Shown here: piece after piece, positions 28,498 to 37,980 of the stretch
Numbering within the stretch: position 1 is the stretch's first letter
How the letters are laid out: each line of letters begins with the position of its first letter
NCBI GenBank assembly: GCA_022844165.1
Contig: JALHMH010000002.1
Span: forward strand, 96,001 to 160,000
Direction of reading: 5' to 3'
DNA length: 64,000 nt
Source: Lysobacterales bacterium
GTDB taxonomy: Bacteria; Pseudomonadota; Gammaproteobacteria; Xanthomonadales; SZUA-5
Notes under the pieces: generated by a model
What the model was told of the DNA's origin: nothing
The model's database searches: none
What the model saw: only the letters and a program-made list of their open reading frames with translations
Translations under genes and position numbers: made by a program

Positions 28498-29613
28498 ATG
28501 CACACCACCCGCCGCAACCTCCTCAAACTGAGTGCTCTCGGCGCTGCGGCGACGGCCGCCCCGTCGCTATTGTATGCGTCCGTCGCGCGCGCGGAGAAGC
28601 CGCTCAATATCCTGATTCTCGGCGGCACCGGATTTACCGGTCCCCATCAGGTTCGATACGCGTTAGCGCGCGGGCACAAGCTGACGCTGTTCAACCGTGG
28701 GCGAAAAGAGGTCGAATGGCCGGGCGAGGTTGAGGAACTGACCGGCGATCGCAATACCGGTGCGCTGGATGCGCTGAAAGATCGTCAGTGGGACGTGTGC
28801 ATCGACAATCCGACCAGCGTGCCGTTCTGGGTCCGTGATGTCGGCCAGATCCTGGCCGGCAACGTCGATCAATACGTCTTTATCTCCACGATTTCGGTGT
28901 TTAGCGATAACGCGACGCCAAACATGGCCGAAGATGGCCCTCTGGCCGTATACGAAGGCAAGGACGCGCTCAAGGAAACGCGCGATTCGTTGATGGCGAA
29001 CATGGCACTGTACGGGCCGCTGAAGGCCGCCTGCGAGGCGGAAGCGGCGAAACAATTTGGCGACAAGACGACGATCATCCGCCCCGGTTTGATCGTGGGT
29101 CCGGGCGACGAGACCGACCGCTTCAGCTACTGGCCGGTACGTATTGCGCAGGGCGGCGATGTGTTGGCGCCACCGGGCGACGACCCCATGCAGTTCATCG
29201 ACGCGCGCGATCTGGCCGAATGGACGATCCGGATGGTCGAGGCGAGGGCCTACGGCGTCTACAACGCCACCGGCCCGGATTTCGAGATGTCGACGGCCGC
29301 AATGCTCTACGGTTGTCGCGCAGTCACGACCAGCGGCGCACGCCTGCGTTTTGCCAGCGCGGAGTTCCTGGCAGAAAACAACGTGGCGCCTTGGGCGGAG
29401 ATGCCGGTGTGGGTGCCGGGTAGCGGCGAAACGGCAGGTTTCGCGCGCGTCAATTGCCAAAAAGCGATCAAGGCCGGCCTGACGTTCCGTTCGCTGGCGA
29501 CCACCGCTGGCGATACCCTGGCCTGGTGGAACAGCCAGCCGGCGGAACGTCGCGTGCTGCGCGCTGGGTTAAAACCAGATCGCGAGCAGGCTCTGTTGAA
29601 GTTGCTGAAGTAG
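28498..29613 (+). CDS. Tat-signal NAD-dependent epimerase/dehydratase (extended SDR)
   Basis: MHTTRRNLLK twin-arginine signal; GGTGFTG; YGPLK; RPGLIVGP. Confidence 0.88.
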   Translation: MHTTRRNLLKLSALGAAATAAPSLLYASVARAEKPLNILILGGTGFTGPHQVRYALARGHKLTLFNRGRKEVEWPGEVEELTGDRNTGALDALKDRQWDVCIDNPTSVPFWVRDVGQILAGNVDQYVFISTISVFSDNATPNMAEDGPLAVYEGKDALKETRDSLMANMALYGPLKAACEAEAAKQFGDKTTIIRPGLIVGPGDETDRFSYWPVRIAQGGDVLAPPGDDPMQFIDARDLAEWTIRMVEARAYGVYNATGPDFEMSTAAMLYGCRAVTTSGARLRFASAEFLAENNVAPWAEMPVWVPGSGETAGFARVNCQKAIKAGLTFRSLATTAGDTLAWWNSQPAERRVLRAGLKPDREQALLKLLK

Positions 29614-29654
29614 GACGGTTGTCGCGAGTTACACATTTCGCACATCAGGTCGCA

Positions 29655-29686
29655 CAGCCTGGAATCGAGCACCGATTCCGAGGCTG
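29655..29686. terminator. Hairpin between convergent genes
   Basis: CAGCCTGGAATCG-AGCAC-CGATTCC(G)AGGCTG inverted repeat; no strong U-tract. Confidence 0.45.
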
Positions 29687-29720
29687 GCGACGCGCTCCTG
29701 TCTGATCGTTTGGCGCTCGA

Positions 29721-30893
29721 TCAAGGCCGATAGTCGAGCGCCAACCAGAATTTGTCGACATCCGTGGCAAAGCGATCGGCGCGATATTGCGCCAGCTTTC
29801 CTGTCAGCGTCCATTGCGTGCCGATCGGGCGCACGTACTGGATGCCGAGTTCATCGCCGTAATCGATGTCGCCGCGATCGGAACGGAATTCGTGCCACCG
29901 TGCGCTAAGCGTGCCGCCGCCGACTTTCCCGGAGACTTCGATCATGGTGTCGCGCAGCCCGTCGCGGGGCGTCGTCAGGAATCGGTCGGCCCAACCGTTG
30001 AAGGCATGCAAAGTCGCCAGCGGCGTCTGAAAGCCATAGCGCCCATCGCCGCCGAGGCGCTCGAAGAGCACACGCACGGCAACCGCGCCCTCGTTGAAGT
30101 TGAGCGTGTTGTCGATCGCGAAGTAACCCGCGTCGATGTCGGTGCTGCCGCCCTGGTAGTCCGTTTGTTGCGCGCCTTCGACGACGTACAGCCAGCGCCA
30201 CTTGTCGTGGCTCAGCGCCGTTCCGCTCAGGCGCAAACCCAGGTTCCGATGACTGCTGAGCGGCACGTCTTCATTTTCGATCGCATAAAGGTACGCGACC
30301 GCCTGATGCCCGCCATAAACATAGGCGAGGTTCAGCAGATACGTATCCAGTGCCTGCTGCCGCAATAGCGGGTTGGGATTGTAGTTGCCGAAAAAGCGAT
30401 GCACTTCGTCCAGGTAAGCGGCACGTAACGTCAGCGCGCCAAAACTGTGCTGCACCGTGAGCGCGTCGTAGGTCTGTTCGTTCTGGCGGAACGCAACGCT
30501 GCCGATGAAGCGCTGGTTGTCGTAATTCAGGCGCTGGCGGCCGACGATCCACTGCGATGGCGTGGCGAATCCATAGGCGACATAGGCCTGATTGATTTCC
30601 TCACCTGCCGGATCGGCGATGACTGGGCGGGTCCGTTCGCTGTTGATCGTGCTGTTGTAGCTGTTTCGATCCGCCGCCGCAATCAAGTCCGCTTCGGCAA
30701 ATGCCGAGAACCCGCGCCAGGATTCGCTACGCAAGCCCAGTCTTGCGCGCAGTGTCAACGCGTCGCTATCGCGCGGAAAAGCGTCGTCCGAAACGCTCTC
30801 GAAACGCGCGCGATAGTCCTGCACGAACTGCCACGCACCAGCCTCCTGCGCGACCAGTACACAGGCCACCCCAAGTGAATAGAGATATTTCAT
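29721..30893 (-). CDS. Alginate export (AlgE-like) outer-membrane porin family protein
   Basis: Signal peptide; GRQRLNYDNQRFIGSVAFRQNEQTYD; FQTPLATLHAFNGWADRF; beta-barrel pattern. Confidence 0.85.
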   Translation of the reverse strand: MKYLYSLGVACVLVAQEAGAWQFVQDYRARFESVSDDAFPRDSDALTLRARLGLRSESWRGFSAFAEADLIAAADRNSYNSTINSERTRPVIADPAGEEINQAYVAYGFATPSQWIVGRQRLNYDNQRFIGSVAFRQNEQTYDALTVQHSFGALTLRAAYLDEVHRFFGNYNPNPLLRQQALDTYLLNLAYVYGGHQAVAYLYAIENEDVPLSSHRNLGLRLSGTALSHDKWRWLYVVEGAQQTDYQGGSTDIDAGYFAIDNTLNFNEGAVAVRVLFERLGGDGRYGFQTPLATLHAFNGWADRFLTTPRDGLRDTMIEVSGKVGGGTLSARWHEFRSDRGDIDYGDELGIQYVRPIGTQWTLTGKLAQYRADRFATDVDKFWLALDYRP

Positions 30894-30903
30894 CGCGTTT
30901 ACC

Positions 30904-31356
30904 TTAGTCGAGATTTTCGATCACTACGATGACGTTGGCACGGAAGTTCTTCCAAACCACCGGCAAGGCGTAGGACTTGATGCCCTTTGGCAAGTGCAGG
31001 GCGTCCTGGCCGTAGATCAGTGTGGGCACGGAAATCATGAAATCGTTGCCGAAGTGGTTGCGCGCATTCCCGGAAATCGTATTGGCGACATCACCCACTT
31101 GATCGAGCATGTTTTCGCGCGTCATGTTCTGCTCGCCGACCTCTTTCATCAGCAGCATCAGGAGGGCGCGATCTGCGGTGAAATACACGGTGCCGCGGTG
31201 TCGCCCCGTGATACCGATCGCACCGGTGAACTCGCCGGCCACGGAGCGCGCATCGTCGATCAGATACGGCGAACCGACTTCCGCTTTGCTGCCCGTGGTT
31301 TCGAAGAAATAGCTCGTCGCACCGTCCAAGAAAACTTTGATCTGGCTTGCGTCCAT
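30904..31356 (-). CDS. cheX: CheX-family phosphatase
   Basis: FTGAIGITG, DQVGDVANTISGNAR (ExxN-like, here DxxN), ISVP. Confidence 0.85.
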   Translation of the reverse strand: MDASQIKVFLDGATSYFFETTGSKAEVGSPYLIDDARSVAGEFTGAIGITGRHRGTVYFTADRALLMLLMKEVGEQNMTRENMLDQVGDVANTISGNARNHFGNDFMISVPTLIYGQDALHLPKGIKSYALPVVWKNFRANVIVVIENLD

Positions 31357-31365
31357 GTCGATCCT

Positions 31366-31770
31366 TTACTTCAACAACTCGGAGAGAGCGCGGTTCAACG
31401 AAGCGTCGTTGAACGGTTTGCCGAGGAAGCCGTGCGCGCCGGCGTGCAAGGCCTGCAGCACCATGCTCTGATCGTTCATGGCGCTGACCACCAGGATCAG
31501 CAGATCGGGATTGATCTTGAGGATTTGTTTTACGCACTCGATGCCGTCCATCTCTGGCATGGTGATGTCCATGGTCACGACATCGAGCTTCAGCTGACGC
31601 GCCATGGCGAGCGCCTGAACGCCGTTGGCTGCCGAGCCGACGACTTCAATCTGGGCATGGTGCTGGCCACGTTCGATGCGCCCTCGAATGATGTTGGAGT
31701 CATCGACTATCAGCATCCGATAGACTTTGGGGGCCGCGATTGGCTTACTCTCGCGTGAGAAAAAACTCAT
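31366..31770 (-). CDS. Single-domain response regulator (CheY-like)
   Basis: LIVDDS, MDITMPEMDG, VSA, KPF. Confidence 0.92.
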   Translation of the reverse strand: MSFFSRESKPIAAPKVYRMLIVDDSNIIRGRIERGQHHAQIEVVGSAANGVQALAMARQLKLDVVTMDITMPEMDGIECVKQILKINPDLLILVVSAMNDQSMVLQALHAGAHGFLGKPFNDASLNRALSELLK

Positions 31771-33839
31771 GCCGAAACGCCCGATGTCTGCGGAATGGTG
31801 AGCGTGAATCGCGATCCTTGACCGGGTTTGGAGCCAACGGCGACGCGACCGCCGACCCGAGCGATCGACTGCTCCACCACATCCAGTCCTACGCCGCGAC
31901 CGCCGTCCTCCGTCACGTCGTCTTTGGTCGAAAAGCCGGACGAGAACAGCAGTCGGACGAGATCTTTCGGCATCATCGCCTGTGCTTGTTGGCGACTCGC
32001 CAAACCCAGTGTGATCGCCTTGTCGCGCACGCGCTCCAGGTCGATTCCGCGGCCGTCGTCTTCCACCGCTATCTCGATGTTTCGATTCGTGCCCGGGCGA
32101 ACCGTCAGCACGACCCTGCCGATGGCCGGTTTGCCCTCCGCCGTGCGCACCTGGGGTGGCTCGATGCCATGCACGATGGCATTGCGGACCAGCTGTACGA
32201 GTGCGTCTGAGACTTCGTGATAGGCCGTGTCGGGAATCTCGACATCGTGGCTCGCGTTGATGCTGAACTCCACGCGTTTTTGCTCACGATCGGCGACCTT
32301 GCGCGCGATCATCTCTGCTTTATTCCACACAGGCGCGAGGCGGCGCGCCGGACGTCCGCTGTCGAGCGAACGTCGCACCTGACCCAGGCGGTCGACCATT
32401 TCACGCACGCCCTCCAACTGCTGGTACATGTCGCGCAACGAAACCGTCAGCGGCAATAAGTCGCTGCCGGCCAGGTTTTCGTGGCCACGCAGTTTCGCGA
32501 CCTGATCTTCGATTTGGTGTGCCCAGCTCTCGATCGGTTCGAAGTCGAGCGCGGCCGCGTCACCCTTGATCGTGTGCACGATCCGATAGACCTGCGCAAG
32601 CTTGCCCATCGTGCCTTGGCGCGATGTCCCAGCCGTGGCAAGAATGCCGTTCATCTCATCGAGGCCGCGGTTCATTTTATCGATGAACTCAACCAGCTCA
32701 TCGTTGCCCAGGTGCATCATCTTGGTGAGCAAAGTGATTTGTTGCTCGCCGCGGCGTTTGGCGCGATCCAGTTCCTGGCGCAACTCAACTTCCGAGGTGA
32801 CATCGGCCGTCGACACCAGCAGATGCGTCAGCTGACCGTCGGTGAGCACTCGGCGGAACTGGAAAGCGAGATAGCGTGTGGCGATGCGGCCATCCTCGGT
32901 GGGAGTCGATACTTCGACTTCTTTGAGCGGATTGACCTCGCCCATGAGCGACTCCTTGACGCGCTCGCCGAACAGCAGCTCAAGAAACGACTTTGCGGTT
33001 GCCTGGGTCTTTTCCGGCACCATGCGCGCCAAAACGTCGAGCAGGTTCCTGCCGGCGACGCTCTTGACGCCCAGAATTTGTTCCAAGGACTTCGACTGCT
33101 GCTGACCGATCGTCAATTCGCGATCTACCAGGAACAGACCATCTTTCACGGTGCTCAAGATGTTGTCCGTCTCGGCTTTTGCGGCCACCAGTTCGGTATC
33201 GGCCCGGCGCAAGTTCCGCAGCGAAAAGAACACGACGTAGGCGAACAGCGAAAGCGCAATGACGATGGCGGTCAACTGAATGACGCGGAGCGTGGCGGCG
33301 CGCTGTTGCGCCTGCCGCTCCAGCGCCGTGGTCAGATCGTTCATCAGCTGGAGAATTTTGACATTGTTGGTGCGCGCATACACACCGAGGCTGTTCAGCG
33401 CCGCATCGTTCTGCGCAGGCGCAGGCGAATCCAAAAAGTCCCCAAGCAGCTTCTGATAACCGCTCCACAGGTTCACCGCGTCCGAGATCGCATCCAATGC
33501 AACCGGCGCCTTGGCAAGAACGACGGGTTTGCCATCACCGCCCGTGACCTCGCCACCGGTGCGAAATCCCGATAAAGTTGTGTCGAATAGTTTGACGGCG
33601 CCGCGAAGTTCTTCAATCGCCGCTATACGTTCGGCCTCCTCTTTGGCCTGTTGCGCCAGGAAGATCGTCTTGGCGATACGCTGCGAGAGCATGCGCTGAC
33701 GGCCCGAGAGGTTCACGCTGACCGCGTCCTGGTCGACGCGCGTTGCGATATAGAAGTTCAAACCGGCGACCACCGCGATGACCAACAGAAACACGGTCAT
33801 CGCAACAAACAAACCTCGATACTTGGACGAACCATTCAT
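31767..33839 (-). CDS. Membrane CheA-like histidine kinase with PilJ/NarX-type periplasmic sensor
   Basis: TM-PilJ (VNLSGRQRMLSQRIAK)-TM, PAS-like segment, Hpt (VHTIKG), HATPase (LVRNAIVHGIE, DDGRG, GFST, GRGVGL); no CheW domain. Confidence 0.88.
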   Translation of the reverse strand: MNGSSKYRGLFVAMTVFLLVIAVVAGLNFYIATRVDQDAVSVNLSGRQRMLSQRIAKTIFLAQQAKEEAERIAAIEELRGAVKLFDTTLSGFRTGGEVTGGDGKPVVLAKAPVALDAISDAVNLWSGYQKLLGDFLDSPAPAQNDAALNSLGVYARTNNVKILQLMNDLTTALERQAQQRAATLRVIQLTAIVIALSLFAYVVFFSLRNLRRADTELVAAKAETDNILSTVKDGLFLVDRELTIGQQQSKSLEQILGVKSVAGRNLLDVLARMVPEKTQATAKSFLELLFGERVKESLMGEVNPLKEVEVSTPTEDGRIATRYLAFQFRRVLTDGQLTHLLVSTADVTSEVELRQELDRAKRRGEQQITLLTKMMHLGNDELVEFIDKMNRGLDEMNGILATAGTSRQGTMGKLAQVYRIVHTIKGDAAALDFEPIESWAHQIEDQVAKLRGHENLAGSDLLPLTVSLRDMYQQLEGVREMVDRLGQVRRSLDSGRPARRLAPVWNKAEMIARKVADREQKRVEFSINASHDVEIPDTAYHEVSDALVQLVRNAIVHGIEPPQVRTAEGKPAIGRVVLTVRPGTNRNIEIAVEDDGRGIDLERVRDKAITLGLASRQQAQAMMPKDLVRLLFSSGFSTKDDVTEDGGRGVGLDVVEQSIARVGGRVAVGSKPGQGSRFTLTIPQTSGVSA

Positions 33840-34231
33840 GCACATTTCCCCTGATCCACAAGCCATATTGGGCCTGACCGTGACTGCGCTGCGCCAGTAG
33901 CGGTTTGTGTTTTCTTGTGTCGAGTGTTGAAGACCTTGTGAACTCCTCCCAGGCAGCTCGATCGCTCCCTGGTTCACCCCGTCTGGTCTGAAGCGGGCCT
34001 TCGAATGTCCAGGTCGAGTCGTCGAGAATTCGACGAAGTGTTCGGGGCCCCGGTTCTGTCGGTGTCCCCAAAGTCATTGCGAAAGTCATTGGAACCGGTC
34101 CGGCGTCTCCCGCCTCGAAGCTGCGCGCTACGCCATCGCGTTGTGATGACTTCTCATCGCGCATTGCCTTGGGCCAATATCCATCGGAAGTTTCTTCCAA
34201 TGATCTTTGGGCAACCACTCCAGGAATGACC

Positions 34232-34501
34232 ATGGAACGCGATCTGGCTGCTGATGAACTCGCCAACTATGTGTGTCCACATTTGTGGCCCTGGGTCAGC
34301 GCCCTGAAAGTGGCTGGTTTCATGCCGTCGTTGGCGCGTTTCGATCTGAAGTCGCACATCCTGACTTTGGAGTATCCGCAGACCGCGAAATCCATCTGCG
34401 CATCGCTGGCCGCGTCTGCGCCCGAGTTGGGGCTGGAGGGCGATGCCAACGGCGCCGTGTGCCGTCAATGCTGGCAATCGCTGAGTGTGCTGGGGCACTA
34501 A
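34232..34501 (+). CDS. Small hypothetical protein with CxH and CxxC (possible Zn binding)
   Basis: AGGA RBS; 89 aa; VCPHL near the N-terminus and CRQC near the C-terminus. Confidence 0.5.
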   Translation: MERDLAADELANYVCPHLWPWVSALKVAGFMPSLARFDLKSHILTLEYPQTAKSICASLAASAPELGLEGDANGAVCRQCWQSLSVLGH

Positions 34502-34734
34502 GACGCATCGGGAACGCGGCACCGTGGGGTGCGATCAAAGAGCAGAGCCGGCCCGCAACGTTGCCGGCTTGCATTTCGATGCGTAGATGCCCCTTTGCAA
34601 GGGTCCAAACATCCACCTCGACGCCGCCAACGCCATCGCCGCGTCGATCTTCTCCTCACGTGAAACATCGGAACCTGTGATTTACGGTCGATTGGCACGG
34701 ATAGACTCGCCGCTCCGCCCGCGGAGAGCCACCG

Positions 34735-37551
34735 ATGCCGTATCGAGTTCGTCTAGCCATCGTACTGTTGTCGCTGGCGGGCGGCGCTGTTGCGTTGCAG
34801 CCTGAGCTGCAAACCAGCCAGTACCAGGTGCAGTGTTATGGCGTTGCCGATGGACTGCCGCAGGGTTCGGTGCAGGCGATTCTGCAATTGCCGGACGGCG
34901 CGCTCTTGCTCGGAACCAACCGTGGAGTGGTGCGCTTCGATGGCGCCAGGGCGGCACCATTGCTCATCGATGGCAGCCCGTCGCTGACCAATGTCCAGGT
35001 CCATCGGATGGGGCGCTTCGAGGACGAGGTTTGGATTGCGGCCTTCGATGGACTGTACCGATGGCGTGAGAACAGCCTGGACCACTACACGCAAAAGGAT
35101 GGTCTGCCGCAAGACCGGGTGACCGCCATTCTGCCGACATCCGACGGCGCTTACGTCGGCACCCATGGTGGCAGCGTGTTTCTTCCGCGCAAATCGGACC
35201 GATTCGGGCCGGCCCAGCCTCTGGGCGATATGCGCGCTTCGGAATTCGACTTCGATCCCGATGGCCTGTTCTGGGCGGCGGCGTTGGATGGCGTCTGGCG
35301 ACGTGGGCTCGATGGCCAATGGACGGCGCTGACCCAGATCGACAACGGCGGCATTTATTGGTCGACCTTGCGCGATGCCAGCGGCACCCGCTGGCTCGGC
35401 GCGCGAACCCGATTGGCGCAGCTCGACGGAGAAACGCTCAAAACCGTACCGGCTGAACAAGGACTGCCCGCGCAACCGGTGCGTGCCATCCTGCAAGATC
35501 GCGATCGGCAGTTGTGGTTCGCCACGGCAGGCGCCGGATTGTACCGGCGCCAGGGCGAACGCTTCGAACGCGTTCCTGGCCTGCGCTCGGACGTGGTGTT
35601 CGCGCTCCAGGAAGACAACGAAGGCAATCTGTGGGCTGGCACCAGCAGCGGTGTCTGTCGTGTCCGCGATGGCGCCATGATGAACTTCGGCCTCGCCGAA
35701 GGGATCGGCACCGATTTTGTGTTGTCGATCCACGCGGCGAGCAATGGCAGCACGTACGTCGGCAGCAACGGCCGCGGTCTTTATGCGATTACGGACGGCG
35801 CGGTGGAGGCGCTGGGCAACCCGGGCGGCGATCCCTTCGTCAACCTCATCACCGGCATCGGCGATCGCCTGCTGGTGACCAGCAATGCCGGCAGCTTCTT
35901 CTACGAAAAACCGTCGTTCACGCCAGTGCATCCGGCGCTCGGAAACCGGCAGATTGCCTGGGCTGCGTTGGACGACGACGGCGTGCTCTGGTTTCGCAGT
36001 GGCGTGAAGCCCCTGGAGCGGCTCGTTGGTGACACGCTCAGTGAACATGCGCTGGGCGACGATGGCGGCCCCTCCCGATGGGGATTTCGCGGACGCGACG
36101 GCGCCGTTTGGTTGACGACCACCAAAGCGCTGTATCGCGCTCGCGGCACGGAGGTGGCGCAGCAAATGGCGCTGCCGCCGAGTCCGGTCGCCGCCTGCCA
36201 GATCCAGGACGCGCGGGGCATCGTTTGGTGCACCAGCAGTGATGGCGTGTTACGCGTGGATCCTAAAGCGCAACGCGTGCAGGTGATTCGCGATCCTTCG
36301 ATGGGACAGTTGGCACTGCTGGCACTGCTCGAGGACGATACAGGCGGTTTGTGGATCGCCAGCACGGCGGGACTTTTTTATGCCAGTTTCAGCGATCTGG
36401 ACGCCGCAGCCAACGGCGCGCCTGCCAATTTGCGCCGCTTCGATGAACGCCACGGCATGCGCTCCAGCGAGTTTGCGCGAGCGTATGCGCCTGGGCTCGC
36501 GAGCGCCGGCGCTGACGGCCAACATTGGTGGGCCACCTTGGGCGGCGTGCTGAAGACCGATCCGCAGCAGCTGATCGAGGTCCGCACGCCACCGTCGCTG
36601 GCCATCGTGCGCCTGCGCGCCGACGGCGGCGTGGTGCCGGAACGTGCGTGGCATCAGCTGCCGCCTGACGTGGTCAATATCGACATCGATTTCAGCGCCC
36701 GCAGCCTGACCGACGCCGCGAGCCTGCAATTGCGCCATCGGCTGCTGCCGCTGTCGGAAGAATGGAGCGAGACCCAGGGCCGCCAGTTTTCGGCCTTGGG
36801 CCTGCCGAGTGGACGTTATCGTTTCGAGCTGCAGGCCACCCTGGATCGCCGCCAGTGGCAAACGGTGGCGGGCGAGTTCACCATCCAACCGCATTGGTAC
36901 CAGCGTTGGTGGGCGCGCGCCGCATTCATTGCCTTCGGCATGCTGCTGGTCATCGCCATTCCGGTGCTGCGGATCGCACATTTGCGGCGCCGAGCGGCCG
37001 AACTGAGCCACCTCGTGGAGGAGCGCACCGCGGCGCTGCATGTCGCCAATCGACGCCTCGATCAAATCGCGCGCACCGATGCGCTGACCGGCATCGCCAA
37101 TCGGCGCCGTTTCGACGAAGCGATGCTGGAGCTGTCGGAACAAGCGCCGCAGCCGGTCGCCCTGCTGCTCGCGGATGTCGATCATTTCAAGCGTTATAAC
37201 GACAGCCGCGGCCACCCCGCTGGCGACGAATGCCTGCGCCTCGTCGCCGGCGCCATGCGTTCGGTGCTGCCCCAGACCGGTGCCCTACTCGCGCGTTACG
37301 GCGGCGAAGAATTTGCGGTTCTGTTGGTGGGCGCATCGGACCCACAACAGCTCGCCGACCAACTGCGCAATGCCGTCCGCGCCCTCGCACTCCCCCACGA
37401 AGCCAACCCGCCCGATGACATCGTCACCATCAGCATTGGCCTGGCCGCCAGCAGCGGCCTCGGCGAAACCAGCGAACACCTGCTCCACCGCGCCGACCAC
37501 GCCCTCTACAGCGCCAAGAGCACCGGGCGCGATCGGGTGTGTTTGGGATAA
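34735..37551 (+). CDS. Diguanylate cyclase with periplasmic beta-propeller/Y_Y_Y sensor
   Basis: Reg_prop repeats (DGLPQGSV, EDNEGNLWAGT), LPSGRYRF, TM segment, DALTGIANRR, DVDHFKRYND, RYGGEEF. Confidence 0.93.
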   Translation: MPYRVRLAIVLLSLAGGAVALQPELQTSQYQVQCYGVADGLPQGSVQAILQLPDGALLLGTNRGVVRFDGARAAPLLIDGSPSLTNVQVHRMGRFEDEVWIAAFDGLYRWRENSLDHYTQKDGLPQDRVTAILPTSDGAYVGTHGGSVFLPRKSDRFGPAQPLGDMRASEFDFDPDGLFWAAALDGVWRRGLDGQWTALTQIDNGGIYWSTLRDASGTRWLGARTRLAQLDGETLKTVPAEQGLPAQPVRAILQDRDRQLWFATAGAGLYRRQGERFERVPGLRSDVVFALQEDNEGNLWAGTSSGVCRVRDGAMMNFGLAEGIGTDFVLSIHAASNGSTYVGSNGRGLYAITDGAVEALGNPGGDPFVNLITGIGDRLLVTSNAGSFFYEKPSFTPVHPALGNRQIAWAALDDDGVLWFRSGVKPLERLVGDTLSEHALGDDGGPSRWGFRGRDGAVWLTTTKALYRARGTEVAQQMALPPSPVAACQIQDARGIVWCTSSDGVLRVDPKAQRVQVIRDPSMGQLALLALLEDDTGGLWIASTAGLFYASFSDLDAAANGAPANLRRFDERHGMRSSEFARAYAPGLASAGADGQHWWATLGGVLKTDPQQLIEVRTPPSLAIVRLRADGGVVPERAWHQLPPDVVNIDIDFSARSLTDAASLQLRHRLLPLSEEWSETQGRQFSALGLPSGRYRFELQATLDRRQWQTVAGEFTIQPHWYQRWWARAAFIAFGMLLVIAIPVLRIAHLRRRAAELSHLVEERTAALHVANRRLDQIARTDALTGIANRRRFDEAMLELSEQAPQPVALLLADVDHFKRYNDSRGHPAGDECLRLVAGAMRSVLPQTGALLARYGGEEFAVLLVGASDPQQLADQLRNAVRALALPHEANPPDDIVTISIGLAASSGLGETSEHLLHRADHALYSAKSTGRDRVCLG

Positions 37552-37689
37552 GGTGTGGTGGATCTGGCGGTGCGCTTGGCCAGGCGCCGTCGCGCACGAC
37601 CTCTGCCAGAGCTGTCTCAAGCCCTCAACGACCTGCGCAACACGGGCAAACCGATTCTCGACCCGCCGCTGCCTTCCCGGCAGAGTGCG

Positions 37690-37936
37690 GGAACAGAGTA
37701 GCCGCGATCGGCCTGACAGCGTGGAGCGCATCAACAGCTTGCGACCGGTCGGTTCCATCCTGGGCTACTCCGGCGACACCGAGGAAGCGCCGCAGCTGCT
37801 GAAAGAGGCGCTGTGGCGGGCAACCGCGCTACGTGGGGCAAATAGCGTCGAAGCCGCGTCGGCGCATCTGGATCTGGCGCGTTATCTGGGCGGTGCCGGT
37901 GGACACGCCGAGCCCAAATGCATTGACAGTCCCTAA
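37690..37936 (+). pseudogene. Possible remnant of a TPR region (STPK-TPR type)
   Basis: LGYSGDTEEAPQLLKEALWRATALRGANSVEAASAHLDLARYL resembles kinase-TPR repeats; no start codon or intact ORF. Confidence 0.4.
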
Positions 37937-37980
37937 ATCTGTGAAATACGCTGTGAAGCAGCTCGCATTCGGATTGCACC

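Noticed and set aside
31366-33839. Canonical chemotaxis operon (cheA/cheY)
   Set aside because: The kinase is membrane-bound with no CheW domain, and there are no MCP, CheW, CheR or CheB genes; gene symbols withheld.
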